Of a stretch of DNA of 64,000 nt, positions 47,212-56,892 are shown one piece after another. Each line of letters opens with the position of its first letter. Position 1 is the stretch's first letter. This stretch comes from an uncultured Actinomycetes bacterium (lineage in GTDB: Bacteria; Actinomycetota; UBA4738; JBBDTT01). A program made the position numbers and the translations under genes. The notes under the pieces were generated by a model, which saw nothing but the letters and a program-made list of their open reading frames with translations, ran no database searches and was not told where the DNA came from. The DNA is taken from assembly GCA_963742735.1 (NCBI GenBank), contig CAVUMN010000004.1:352001-416000 (forward strand). Reading direction: 5' to 3'.

Positions 47212-48831
47212 CCCCGCCGGAGGACGAGCGGCTCCTCAAGCACACCGCGGTGATGACCGCCGGCACCGCGCTGTCGCGGCTGACCGGGTTCGGCCGGCTG
47301 GCCGCCATGACGTTCGCGCTCGGGGTCGCGGAGAGCCGGCTGGCCGACGCTTACAACGTCGCCAACGTCACCCCGAACATGATCTACGACCTGGTCCTGG
47401 GCGGGGTCATCGCCTCGACGTTCGTGCCGGTGTTCGTGGAGTGGCTGCGAGACCCGCGGCCAGCAGGAGGCCTGGACGATCGCCCGGATCGTCCTCACCC
47501 TCACCGCGACCATCGGCGGGGCCATCACCGTGATCGCGATCCTGGCGGCGCCCTGGATCATCGACCTCTACACCGCGCGGTTCACCGGGTCCGAAGCAGA
47601 GGCCGCCCGCCGCCTGGCCACCTTCTTCCTGCGGTGGTTCCTCCCCCAGATCGTCCTGTACGGGCTCGGGGCGGGGATCATGACCGGCCTGCTGAACGCG
47701 CACCGCCGGTTCGGGGCTCCGATGTTCGCGCCGATCCTCAACAACCTCGTGGTGATCGCGACGTTCCTCACGTTCGCCGCGATCCACGACCGGGCCGTGC
47801 CGACCGCCGATGGGATCTCCACGGCCGAGCGGTACCTGCTGGCGATCGGGACGACCGCCGGGGTGGCCGCGATGACGATCGCGCTGGTGCCGCCGCTCAG
47901 GCGACTCGGGTTCCGGTGGCGGCCGGCCTGGAACTGGCGTCACGAGGCGGTGCGCACGATCGGGCGGCTCGCGTCCTGGCAGCTCCTGTACGTGGCGGTG
48001 AACCAGATCGGGCTGCTGATCGTGATCGTCCTCGCCGGGCGGGAGCAGGGCGGCTACACGGCGTACGCGGCGGCGTTCATCTTCTTCCAGCTCCCCTACG
48101 GGGTCTTCGCCGTCTCGATCATGACCGCGCTGTTGCCGACGCTCTCCAGCCTGTGGGTGGCCGAGGACCGCGCCGAGTTCCGAGGCCAGCTGGCCCAAGG
48201 GCTGCGGGCCACGGCGTTCATCGTGCTGCCGGCGGCCCTCGGCTACCTGGCCCTGTCCCGGCCGATCGTTCGGCTGCTCCTCGAGCACGGCGTCACGACG
48301 GAGGCGTCGACGGCGCTGATCGCGGACGTCCTGGCATTGTTCGCGCTCGGGTTGTTCTCGTTCTCCGCGTTCCAGCTCCTGCTCCGCGGCTTCTACGCGA
48401 TGCAGGACACGCGCACGCCGGCGTTCATCAACGTCTTCGCCGTGGGGATCAACACCGCGGCCAATGTGGTGTTCTTCGACCTGTTCGGCGTCAAGGGCCT
48501 CGCCCTCGGTCACGCCACGGCGTACACGTTCGCGGCGGTCGTCTCCGGCGCGGTGCTGCGCCGGAGGACGGGAGGGATGGAGGGCCGGAGGCTGGCCGAC
48601 GGACTGCTGCGGATCGGCGTGGCGTCCGCCGCGACCGGTGGAGCGGCCTGGCTCGCCGCCAAGGGAATCGGGGCGGTCCTCGGCACCGAGACGTTCCTCG
48701 ATCAGTTGGCGCAGGTCGCCGTGGGCGTCGCGGCGGGACTTATGATCTTCATCGCGCTGGTCGTGTTGCTTCGCGTCGAGGAGTTCGGGCTCGTGAAGCG
48801 CTTCGTGCTCGGGCGGATCCGGAGGTCGTGA
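47208..48831 (+). CDS. murJ: Lipid II flippase MurJ (MviN), one apparent frameshift near 47450
   Basis: GTALSRLTGFGR, ADAYNVAN..PN, FVPVF, then in a shifted frame FLPQI, APILNN, QLPYG, FYAMQDTRTP. Confidence 0.9.
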
Positions 48832-49232
48832 TGGGGTCGCTGCGGTGGTCCGACGAGCGAGGCATCATCGCGTCCTTCTTCATCAAGCTCCTGCTCTTCC
48901 TGGCGATCACGGGCATCGCCGCGGCGGACGGGGCCTCGATCCTGTTCGCCAACCTCCGCTCCAGCGACGCCGCCTCGGCCGGCTCGACCGCGTGCGCGGT
49001 CTCCTTCCAGCGCAACCACACCCAGGAACAGGCGACCCTGGCCGCCCTCGAGGCGGCGAACCAGAAGGGCGAGGGGATCCAGGTCACCGCGGTGACGGTC
49101 AACCCCGACACCGGCGAGTGCACCGTGACGGCCCGGACCACGGCGGAGACGCTGGTGATCGGGAAGATCGGCTTCCTCAAGAAGTACGCGGAGGCCACCT
49201 CGACCGAGGTCGGGAAGCCCTCGACGGTGTGA
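48831..49232 (+). CDS. Tad pseudopilin-like small protein
   Basis: DERG followed by a hydrophobic helix, AASAG..A, beta C-terminus with two Cys. Confidence 0.5.
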   Translation: MGSLRWSDERGIIASFFIKLLLFLAITGIAAADGASILFANLRSSDAASAGSTACAVSFQRNHTQEQATLAALEAANQKGEGIQVTAVTVNPDTGECTVTARTTAETLVIGKIGFLKKYAEATSTEVGKPSTV

Positions 49233-50065
49233 CCGTCGCGGTCGTCACCGACAGCGCGGCCGACCTCCCCAACACCCTCGCTCGATCACTGAACGTTCGG
49301 GTCGTCCCCCTGACGGTGAGCTTCGGCGACGCGTCGTTCCTGGACGGGGTGGACCTGACCGCGGAGGCGTTCTGGGCTCGGCTGGAGACCGACCCGGCGT
49401 TTCCCACCACCGCCGCTCCCCCACCGGCCGCGCTCCTCGCCGCCTACCGGGAGGCGGCCGAGGCCGGGGCCGAGGCCGTCGTCTCCGTCCACCTCTCGGG
49501 CGAGCTTTCCCGGACCGTGGAGAGCGCGCGAGCCGCCGCGGCCGACGCCCCCGTCCCCGTCGAGGTCGTCGACTCGCGGGGGGTGTCGCTCGGCGAGGGC
49601 CTGGTGGCGCTGGCCGCCGCGCGCGCCGCCGCCCGGGGCCTGGGGCTGCCCGACGTCTCCCGCGTGGCCGCGAGCGCGCCCGCCCGAACCCGCATGTTCG
49701 CGATGCTCGACGCGGTTGAGTCGGTGGGCCGGGGCGGCCGCTTCGTCACCCCCAATGCGCCGGAGCAGCTCCGGATCCGCCCGGTCCTCACCCTGGTCGA
49801 CGGCCGGCCCGAGCTCCTGTCCCGGGCGCGAACCCGGTCCCGGGCGATCGCGGAGGTCCTGGCGCGGATCGCCGGGCCGGCCGAGGCGGCCGCCGTCATC
49901 CACTCCGGCGCACCGGAGCTCGCCGCGGTCGCGTCGGCCGTGCGGGAGACGACCGGCGCCGAGCCGGTCGAGGCCGTGATCGGCGCGGCGATGGGCGCCC
50001 ACATGGGTCCGCGCGCCCTCGGCGTGGTCGTCATGGAAGGCGAGGGGCCCGAGGGAGCCGAATAG
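49229..50065 (+). CDS. DegV/FakB fatty-acid-binding family protein
   Basis: VVTDSAADLP, VVPL, HLS.ELS.T, VVDS, GGR, AHMGP..LG. Confidence 0.88.
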   Translation: MTVAVVTDSAADLPNTLARSLNVRVVPLTVSFGDASFLDGVDLTAEAFWARLETDPAFPTTAAPPPAALLAAYREAAEAGAEAVVSVHLSGELSRTVESARAAAADAPVPVEVVDSRGVSLGEGLVALAAARAAARGLGLPDVSRVAASAPARTRMFAMLDAVESVGRGGRFVTPNAPEQLRIRPVLTLVDGRPELLSRARTRSRAIAEVLARIAGPAEAAAVIHSGAPELAAVASAVRETTGAEPVEAVIGAAMGAHMGPRALGVVVMEGEGPEGAE

Positions 50066-50075
50066 ACTCGCGCGG

Positions 50076-51584
50076 ATGGACGACAAGCCCCCGGCCCAGC
50101 GGCTGGCCGACCGGTATGTGCTGCGCGAGCGGATCGCCGCCGGGGGCATGGCCTCCGTGTGGCGGGCCGAGGACGAGGTCCTGGCGCGCCCGGTCGCGGT
50201 CAAGATCCTGCACAAGGACCTGGCCAAGAACAAGAACTTCCTCCAGCGGTTCCGCCAGGAGGCGATGTCGGCCGCGCGCCTGTCCCACCCCCGGATCGTC
50301 CGCATCTTCGACACGGGCACCGACGGCCCCCTCACCTTCATCGTGATGGAGCTGTTCGAGGGCGAGGACCTCGCGGAGATCCTGAAGCGCGGTCCGCTGG
50401 ACCCGGACCGCGCGGCGTGGATCGTGTCGTGCGCGCTCGAGGGCCTCGCCCACGCCCACGACCAGGGCCTGGTCCACCGCGACGTGAAGCCCGGGAACAT
50501 CCTGGTGGGCGGGGACGGAGTCGTGAAGGTCACCGACTTCGGCGTCGCGAAGGCGGCGTTCAGTGAGGACCTCACCACCACCGGCAAGGTCCTCGGCACC
50601 GTGCGCTACCTGGCCCCGGAGCAGGTCTCCGGCGGCGAGCTCGACCACCGCTCGGACCTGTACTCGGCCGGCGTGGTTCTGTACGAGTCGCTGACGGGCC
50701 GGCCGCCGTTCGAGGGCGAGACCGACCTGGCCACGGCGACGATGCGCCTGACCCAGGACCCCATGCCGCCGCGGGCGGTCCGGGCCGGCATCTCCCGGGG
50801 TATGGAGAGGGTCACGATGAAAGCCCTGGCCCGCAAGCCCGAGGACCGCTTCGCCTCCGCCGAGGACATGCGGATGGCCATCGGCCGAGCCCTCGGCGAG
50901 AGCACCGGCGAGATCCGGGCCGTCCCCGCCCCCCCGCGCCGCGCGCCGGCTCCGGCTCGGGAGGAGGACCACGGCCCGAGCGAGCCGTCCTTCTTCCGTT
51001 CGTGGGCCCTGATCCCCCTGATCCTGCTCTTCCTGGCGGCGATCGTCGTCGCGATCGGCCTGCTCATCGGCCGCCTGGAGGTCGGCGGCCCACTCGGCAT
51101 CCGCGCGAACCAGGACCCGGGGGCCGAGCTCACGATCCGCTCCGCGGACGACTTCGACCCCCTCGGCAACGACCAGGCCGAGCACGCCGAGGAGGCGCCG
51201 AACGCCGTCGACGGGGACGCCGAGTCCGAGTGGGAGACCGACCGCTACTCCTCCGCCCAGCTCGGTGGACTCAAGGCCGGGGTCGGGCTGCTCGTGCAGC
51301 TCGAGTCCGAGGCCGGGATCGGCCGGCTGGTCGTGCGGTCCGAACTGAGCGGATGGACCTTCCAGGTCTTCGCGGCGGACGGCCTGAGCGCCGCCCCGGT
51401 CGCCGCGGACGCGCGGCCGGACGCCGACGGCGAGCGAGTCTTCACCGTCACCGGTGGCGTCGCGGAGATCGACCTCGAGCCGTTCCGAGCCCGGACCGTC
51501 CTCATCTGGATCACCGGCCTGGCGCCCGACGGCGGGGGCTTCCGGGCGTCGATCACCGAGGTCACCGTGCAGGAGGCCGGGTGA
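50076..51584 (+). CDS. Hanks-type Ser/Thr kinase with TM and extracellular discoidin-like domain
   Basis: GGMA.V, VAVK, HRDVKPGN, DFG, YLAPE; C-terminal FDPLG..AVDGD..W.TD.Y...GLK.GVG...WIT. Confidence 0.92.
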   Translation: MDDKPPAQRLADRYVLRERIAAGGMASVWRAEDEVLARPVAVKILHKDLAKNKNFLQRFRQEAMSAARLSHPRIVRIFDTGTDGPLTFIVMELFEGEDLAEILKRGPLDPDRAAWIVSCALEGLAHAHDQGLVHRDVKPGNILVGGDGVVKVTDFGVAKAAFSEDLTTTGKVLGTVRYLAPEQVSGGELDHRSDLYSAGVVLYESLTGRPPFEGETDLATATMRLTQDPMPPRAVRAGISRGMERVTMKALARKPEDRFASAEDMRMAIGRALGESTGEIRAVPAPPRRAPAPAREEDHGPSEPSFFRSWALIPLILLFLAAIVVAIGLLIGRLEVGGPLGIRANQDPGAELTIRSADDFDPLGNDQAEHAEEAPNAVDGDAESEWETDRYSSAQLGGLKAGVGLLVQLESEAGIGRLVVRSELSGWTFQVFAADGLSAAPVAADARPDADGERVFTVTGGVAEIDLEPFRARTVLIWITGLAPDGGGFRASITEVTVQEAG

Positions 51585-52156
51585 GCGGGTTCTCCGACGA
51601 GGAGCTCGTCCGCCGGTACCTGGACGGCGACGGCGGGGCGTTCGCCGACCTGGTCCGCCGGCACGAGACCCGCGTCTACAACCTGGCCTTCCGGCTGCTC
51701 GGCAACGCCGAGGACGCCCGCGAGGCCTCGCAGGAGGCCTTCCTGACCTGCGTCCGGAAGCTCCGCGGGTTCCGCGGCGACAGCCAGTTCGGGACGTGGC
51801 TGTACCGGGTGACCTCGAACGCGAGCTACGACCTGCTTCGGCGGCGAAAGCGCACCCCCACGCCGGTGGAGGAGCTCCCCGAGACCGAGACGCTCCACGA
51901 CGAGGCCGAGGGCGCGGCGGGCGCGATCGACGTCCAGCGCGCGCTCACGAAGGTCCCCGAGGAGTTCCGGCTCGTCCTGGTGATGCACGACGTGCAGGGG
52001 ATGCCGTACGAGGACATCGCCGAGGCCGTCGGGGTCCCGGTTGGTACCGTGAAATCCCGGCTGCACCGGGGCCGGGTGGCCCTCGGGCGGCTGCTCGGGG
52101 CTCCCGGGGAACAACCGGGGGGTCGCCGGGCGTCGAAGCGGGTTGAGGACACATGA
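51581..52156 (+). CDS. sigM: ECF sigma factor, SigM-like
   Basis: AF..LV.RH, QEAF, F.TWLYRV, IAEAVGVPVGTVKSRLHRGR; conserved locus. Confidence 0.8.
   Translation: MSGFSDEELVRRYLDGDGGAFADLVRRHETRVYNLAFRLLGNAEDAREASQEAFLTCVRKLRGFRGDSQFGTWLYRVTSNASYDLLRRRKRTPTPVEELPETETLHDEAEGAAGAIDVQRALTKVPEEFRLVLVMHDVQGMPYEDIAEAVGVPVGTVKSRLHRGRVALGRLLGAPGEQPGGRRASKRVEDT
52108..52136 (+). promoter_or_regulatory. SigM-type ECF promoter inside the sigM 3' end, positioned for the anti-sigma gene
   Basis: GGAAC-N18-CGTCGA, 16 nt before the anti-sigma ATG. Confidence 0.6.
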
Positions 52157-52902
52157 CCGAACGACACCCAGACGAGCTGCTCGGTCCTTTTGTGGACAAC
52201 GAGCTCGAAGCCGAGGAGCGCCGGCAGGTCCAGGCGCACCTCGACTCCTGCGCGCGCTGCACCGAGGAGGTCTTCCTGGCGAGCCGGGCTCAGACTGCGC
52301 TGGCCGCGCTCGAGGAGCTCCCCGCCCCCCTCGGCCTGGCGACGCCGGCCATCCAGCAGGCCCGGCCCCAGAAGCGCTGGGCCGGGAGGCTCCAGTGGGC
52401 CGCCGGAAGCGCGGCGGCCGCGGCTCTGGTCATCGCCATCGCGATCGTCGTGTGGCGCGGCTCCGACGTCGGACGCAGCGGAGACGCCGCGGCCCCCGCT
52501 GCCGAAAGCGCCACCAACGCCCCGGAGGAGGACGCCGGAGGTGCCCCGGCCCCGAACGCCGCCGATGCCCCCCCCTTCTACGTCGAGACGACCGCCGACT
52601 ACTCCCGGGAGGAGCTGGACTCCCTGGCCCGGGGAGACGACACCGTCGTCCTGGCGGAGGGCAACACCCTGGAGTACTCCGACGACCGGGCGTCCAAGCC
52701 GGTCGACGACGCGCTGGAGTGCGCGGGCGAGGCCGGCCTGCGCGCCGACGAGGGCTCCTCGCTCGACCGCATCGAGGCGGCGAGGTTCGAGGGCACCCGG
52801 GTGTACATCGTGTTCTCCACGGAAGAGAACGGCACCCACAACGTCTGGGTGGTCGACCGCGAGGCGTGCCAGATCCGTTACGTCGCGTCGAGCAGCGGAT
52901 AA
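52153..52902 (+). CDS. Zinc-binding (HxxxCxxC) transmembrane anti-sigma factor
   Basis: HLDSCARC, TM, extracellular region ending ARFEG...C. Confidence 0.85.
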   Translation: MTERHPDELLGPFVDNELEAEERRQVQAHLDSCARCTEEVFLASRAQTALAALEELPAPLGLATPAIQQARPQKRWAGRLQWAAGSAAAAALVIAIAIVVWRGSDVGRSGDAAAPAAESATNAPEEDAGGAPAPNAADAPPFYVETTADYSREELDSLARGDDTVVLAEGNTLEYSDDRASKPVDDALECAGEAGLRADEGSSLDRIEAARFEGTRVYIVFSTEENGTHNVWVVDREACQIRYVASSSG

Positions 52903-52908
52903 CCGGCC

Positions 52909-53634
52909 CTACGGCCGGCGCAGCACCACGAAGTGCGACAGGCCGAACCGCCGAACCGCCGTTCCCTCGGCCCGGTACAGCACCCGCCTCAGCCAGTTGC
53001 CGAACGCGGGGTTGCGGGCCACGATGTTGTCGAACCCCGGATAGACGTAGGTGTGGACGACGACGACCGCGTCCAGGCCCGAGGACAGCTTGCGCATGTC
53101 CCGTTCGGTGTAGGCCTTCGCGTGGGGGACGAGCTTGTTGCGCAGCTTGAGCGGCAGGTAGTTCACGAGCGGGATGTTCCCGAACTTGTACCGCTTGCCC
53201 ATGTAGATGCCGTGGGTCTCGAACGGGTACAGGCGGTTCGGCGCGTAGATCACGACGTGTCCGCCGCGGGAGACCACGCGGAGGCACTCCTGGAGGGTCT
53301 CGCGGTCGTCGCGGACGTGCTCGATCACCTCGTTCAGCAGGATGACGTCGAACGACTCGTCCTTGAACGGCAGGCTCTCCGATACCGCGGCGACCAGGTT
53401 CGGGACCGTCGACTCGCGCAGGCGCTTCTCGGAGATGTCGATGCCCGCGGAGAGCTTGGCGAGCTCCCTGATCCGCTTCACGTACGTCCCGATCCCACAC
53501 CCGACGTCGAGGAAGCGCGTCCCCTCGAGCGGCGCGAACCGTCGGATCAGGTTGAGCCGCCGCTCCTGCCCGAACCGCCAGACGTACGAAGGTTCGCCGA
53601 GCTCGGCAGCTTCCGGAGACGGGTTGTGGACCAC
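52909..53634 (-). CDS. Class I SAM-dependent methyltransferase
   Basis: LDVGCGIG, LPFKDESFD, EVIEHV, RV..GG....APN. Confidence 0.88.
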   Translation of the reverse strand: MVHNPSPEAAELGEPSYVWRFGQERRLNLIRRFAPLEGTRFLDVGCGIGTYVKRIRELAKLSAGIDISEKRLRESTVPNLVAAVSESLPFKDESFDVILLNEVIEHVRDDRETLQECLRVVSRGGHVVIYAPNRLYPFETHGIYMGKRYKFGNIPLVNYLPLKLRNKLVPHAKAYTERDMRKLSSGLDAVVVVHTYVYPGFDNIVARNPAFGNWLRRVLYRAEGTAVRRFGLSHFVVLRRP

Positions 53635-53655
53635 GGCCCGCCATCCTAGTCGAGG

Positions 53656-53681
53656 GGAATTCCCGCGCCCCTGAGCACGTT
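53656..53681 (+). promoter_or_regulatory. SigR/SigH-type promoter of trxB
   Basis: GGAAT-N18-GTT. Confidence 0.7.
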
Positions 53682-53705
53682 CTGGGCTGTGGGACAATGC
53701 CAATC

Positions 53706-54632
53706 GTGGAGGAACGCAACGTCGTCATCCTGGGGTCGGGCCCGGCGGGCCTGACCGCCGCCCTCTACGCCGCCCGCGCCAACCTGAACCCGCTCGTGCT
53801 CAAGGGGATCGACGCCGGCGGCCAGCTCATGCTGACCACCGAGGTCGAGAACTACCCCGGCTTCCCCGACGCGATCATGGGCCCCGAGCTCATGGAGGCC
53901 ATGGAGAAGCAGGCCGCCCGCTTCGAGGCGGAGCTCCTGCACCAGGCCGCCACCAGGGTCGACTTCTCGAAGGCCCCGTTCGGCATCTGGGCCGGCGACG
54001 AGGAGTGGCGGGCCAAGACCGTGATCATCTCCACCGGCGCCTCGGCGAAGATGCTGGGCATCGAGTCCGAGCGCAAGCTCCTCGGCCACGGCGTCTCCAC
54101 CTGCGCGACGTGCGACGGCTTCTTCTTCCGCGGCCAGGAGCTCGCCGTGATCGGCGGCGGCGACTCGGCCATGGAGGAAGCCATCTTCCTGACCCGGTTC
54201 GCCACGAAGGTCACGATCGTCCACCGCCGCGACACCCTCCGAGCCTCGGCGATCATGATCGACCGCGCCAAGGCCAACGAGAAGATCGACTGGGCGTGGA
54301 ACTCCACCGTCGACGAGGTCCTGGGGGACGGCTCCGTGAGCGGCGTCCGGCTGAAGGACGTGAACACCGGCGACGCCCGCGACCTGGCGGTCAACGGCGT
54401 GTTCGTCGCCATCGGCCACACCCCGAACACCCAGCTCTTCGAGGGGCAGATCGACCTCCACGACAACGGCTACATCAAGGTGACCGAGCCGAGCATGGCC
54501 ACCAACGTCCCCGGCGTGTTCGCCTCGGGGGACTGCGTCGACTTCAGCTACCGGCAGGCGATCACCGCGGCCGGCATGGGGTGCAAGGCCGCGATGGACG
54601 CCGAGCGCTACCTCGAGACGCTCGGGCACTGA
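53706..54632 (+). CDS. trxB: Thioredoxin reductase
   Basis: GSGPAG, ENYPG, CATC, GGGDSAMEEA, HRRD, YRQAITAAG. Confidence 0.97.
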   Translation: MEERNVVILGSGPAGLTAALYAARANLNPLVLKGIDAGGQLMLTTEVENYPGFPDAIMGPELMEAMEKQAARFEAELLHQAATRVDFSKAPFGIWAGDEEWRAKTVIISTGASAKMLGIESERKLLGHGVSTCATCDGFFFRGQELAVIGGGDSAMEEAIFLTRFATKVTIVHRRDTLRASAIMIDRAKANEKIDWAWNSTVDEVLGDGSVSGVRLKDVNTGDARDLAVNGVFVAIGHTPNTQLFEGQIDLHDNGYIKVTEPSMATNVPGVFASGDCVDFSYRQAITAAGMGCKAAMDAERYLETLGH

Positions 54633-54633
54633 C

Positions 54634-55335
54634 GTGCGCCGCGTCCTGATCGCGGCCCTCCTGCTCGCGGGGGTCCTCGCTCCCGGCCCATCGGTCCGAT
54701 CCGTGCAGGCCCAGCCCGCGCCGCTGATCCCCGAGCCCGGGTACCACCGCCCGGTCGAGGTGGACGGCAAGGTCTTCCCCGTGGCCCGCTCCAACTTCTT
54801 CGCCCAGACCTACTTCTTCGACGGCTGGCACGACCCGCGGTTCCGCTACATCGACGGGAAGTGGCAGCTGGTCGGTGTCCACGAGGGCATCGACATCGTC
54901 GCCGAGAAGGGGACGCCGCTCCTGGCGTACATGGACGGCGTCATCGAGAACGTCGGCTGGACGTTCTACTCGGGCATGCGGATCGGGCTGCGCGGCGACG
55001 ACGGGAAGTACTACCTGTACTGCCACGTCTCCGAGGTCCTCACCTCGATCGGGCGCCGGGTCTCCGCGGGGGACGTCATCGCCCTCGTCGGGAACAGCGG
55101 CTACGGCGAGGAGTGGACCGAGGACCAGTTCATCCCCCACCTGCACTTCGGGATCCTGACGTCGGACTGGGTAAACCCCTATCCGGAGCTCGTTTCGCTG
55201 TACCGTGCGGCGGTGGACGCCGGTCACGACGGTGAGGCCCGCCTTGCCGAGCTGGCGGCGGCGAACGACGCGAAGGGATGGCACGCGCTGGCGGATGAGC
55301 TGTACACGACGTTCGGAATACCCCTCCCGGCGTGA
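54634..55335 (+). CDS. Secreted M23 family metallopeptidase
   Basis: Signal peptide; HEGID, Y.H, VGNSG, PHLHF. Confidence 0.88.
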   Translation: MRRVLIAALLLAGVLAPGPSVRSVQAQPAPLIPEPGYHRPVEVDGKVFPVARSNFFAQTYFFDGWHDPRFRYIDGKWQLVGVHEGIDIVAEKGTPLLAYMDGVIENVGWTFYSGMRIGLRGDDGKYYLYCHVSEVLTSIGRRVSAGDVIALVGNSGYGEEWTEDQFIPHLHFGILTSDWVNPYPELVSLYRAAVDAGHDGEARLAELAAANDAKGWHALADELYTTFGIPLPA

Positions 55336-55340
55336 GGGTT
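55315..55340 (+). promoter_or_regulatory. SigR/SigH-type promoter of trxA
   Basis: GGAAT-N18-GTT overlapping the M23 stop. Confidence 0.7.
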
Positions 55341-55392
55341 GTTCCAAGGAGCGGCGCTCGCCCGCGAGCGCCCGAACAAGGAGAAAACGACG

Positions 55393-55722
55393 ATGAGTGA
55401 AACCGTGGCCCACGTGAACGACGGGGACTTCCAGGCCCAGGTGCTGGACTCGGAGACCCCCGTGCTCGTCGACTTCTGGGCCGATTGGTGCGTCCCGTGT
55501 CACATGGTGTCCCCCGTGGTCGAGGAGATTGCTCGCGAGAAGGGCGACAAGCTCGTGGTCCGCAAGATGAACGTGGACGACAACCCCGACGTCCCCCGGA
55601 AGTACGGCGTGATGAGCATCCCCACGCTGATCGTCTTCCACGGCGGCGAGGAGAAAGCCCGCGTCATCGGCGCCCGCGGGAAGGACCAGATCCTCAAGGA
55701 GATCGAGCCGCACCTGGCCTAG
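55393..55722 (+). CDS. trxA: Thioredoxin
   Basis: VDFWADWCVPC, NVD.NP, SIPTL. Confidence 0.95.
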   Translation: MSETVAHVNDGDFQAQVLDSETPVLVDFWADWCVPCHMVSPVVEEIAREKGDKLVVRKMNVDDNPDVPRKYGVMSIPTLIVFHGGEEKARVIGARGKDQILKEIEPHLA

Positions 55723-55727
55723 CCGAC

Positions 55728-55745
55728 GGGAGCCGCGAGGTTCCC
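55728..55745 (+). terminator. Hairpin after trxA
   Basis: GGGAGCC-GCGA-GGTTCCC, GNRA tetraloop. Confidence 0.45.
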
Positions 55746-55788
55746 ATTCCCCTACCCCTCGCCCGGGGCCACTCCTTAGACTGCCCGC

Positions 55789-56892
55789 GTGAGAGCCATC
55801 CGTACCGGTGACGAGGGCGACGACGTCCGCGACGTCCAGGCGCGCCTGGCGGGCCAGGGCCATCGGACCGAGCCCGACGACGCGGGCCGCTTCGGCCCGA
55901 ACACCGAGGCCGCCGTCCGCACGTTCCAGCAGGCCCGGGGGCTGGTCGTGGATGGGATCGTCGGCGCCGGCACGTGGACCGAGCTGGTCGACGCCGGCTA
56001 CGGCCTGGGCGACCGGACCCTCTACCTGCACTACCCCTACCTGCACGGCGACGACGTCGGCGAGCTCCAGCGGCGCCTGGACGCGCTGGGGTTCGACCCC
56101 GGCCGCCACGACGGGATCTTCGGGGACCGAACCGAGCGGGCCCTGCGCGAGTTCCAGCGCAACGTCGGCCTGCCCGAGGACGGCATCGTCGGCGCCACCA
56201 CCATCCAGGCGTTCGGGCGCCTGAAGACCGGCGTCGAGGGCCCCGGTCGCGCCTCGGTCCGCGAGGCCGAGTCGGTCAGCCGGCTCGAGACCAGCCTGCT
56301 CGGGGCACTGATCGCCATCGACCCCGGCCACGGGCCCGAGGAGCCCGGCGGCGTGGGCCCGACCGGGCTCACCGAGGCCGAGGCCACCCTGGACATCGCC
56401 CGCGAGCTCGAGCGGGAGCTCCGCACCCGCGGCGCCGAGCCCATGCTCCTGCGCGGGGATCGCGACGACCCCTCGATCCGCGACCGGGCCGAGATCGCCA
56501 ACCGGGAGGGCGTCGAGGTCGTGCTCTCGATCCACCTGAACACCAACCGCGGCCCCGGGGCGGAGGGCGCCTCCGTCTACTACTTCGGCCGCGCCGAGTC
56601 GGTGTCGCTCACCGGCCAGCGGCTGGCCGACGTGATCCTGGAGGAGCTGACCGCGCGGATGGGGCTGACCGACGGCCGGACCCATCCCAAGGCGTTCCCC
56701 ATGCTCCGCGAGACCCGCATGCCCGCCGTGCAGATCGAGCCGTGCTTCATCACCAACCCTCGCGAGGAGGCCCTGCTGCGCGAGGAGGCGTTCCGCAAGG
56801 ACATCGCCATCGCCGTGGCCGAGGCCCTGGAGCGGTTCTTCGGCTCGGCCCGGGACCTGGAGCCCGGCGAGCCGGAGGGGCTGGGAGCCTAG
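55789..56892 (+). CDS. cwlM: N-acetylmuramoyl-L-alanine amidase with two PG-binding domains (CwlM-like)
   Basis: Two GDDV..LQ...DG.FG..T..A..FQ...DG.VG repeats; IDPGHG, SIH, IEP.FITN. Confidence 0.85.
   Translation: MRAIRTGDEGDDVRDVQARLAGQGHRTEPDDAGRFGPNTEAAVRTFQQARGLVVDGIVGAGTWTELVDAGYGLGDRTLYLHYPYLHGDDVGELQRRLDALGFDPGRHDGIFGDRTERALREFQRNVGLPEDGIVGATTIQAFGRLKTGVEGPGRASVREAESVSRLETSLLGALIAIDPGHGPEEPGGVGPTGLTEAEATLDIARELERELRTRGAEPMLLRGDRDDPSIRDRAEIANREGVEVVLSIHLNTNRGPGAEGASVYYFGRAESVSLTGQRLADVILEELTARMGLTDGRTHPKAFPMLRETRMPAVQIEPCFITNPREEALLREEAFRKDIAIAVAEALERFFGSARDLEPGEPEGLGA

Noticed and set aside
47440-47470. murJ as a pseudogene
   Set aside because: Normally essential, both halves intact, and one indel in an error-prone assembly explains it
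55393-55722. WCVPC thioredoxin as a novel redox protein
   Set aside because: Minor CxxC variant of an otherwise standard TrxA at its usual locus
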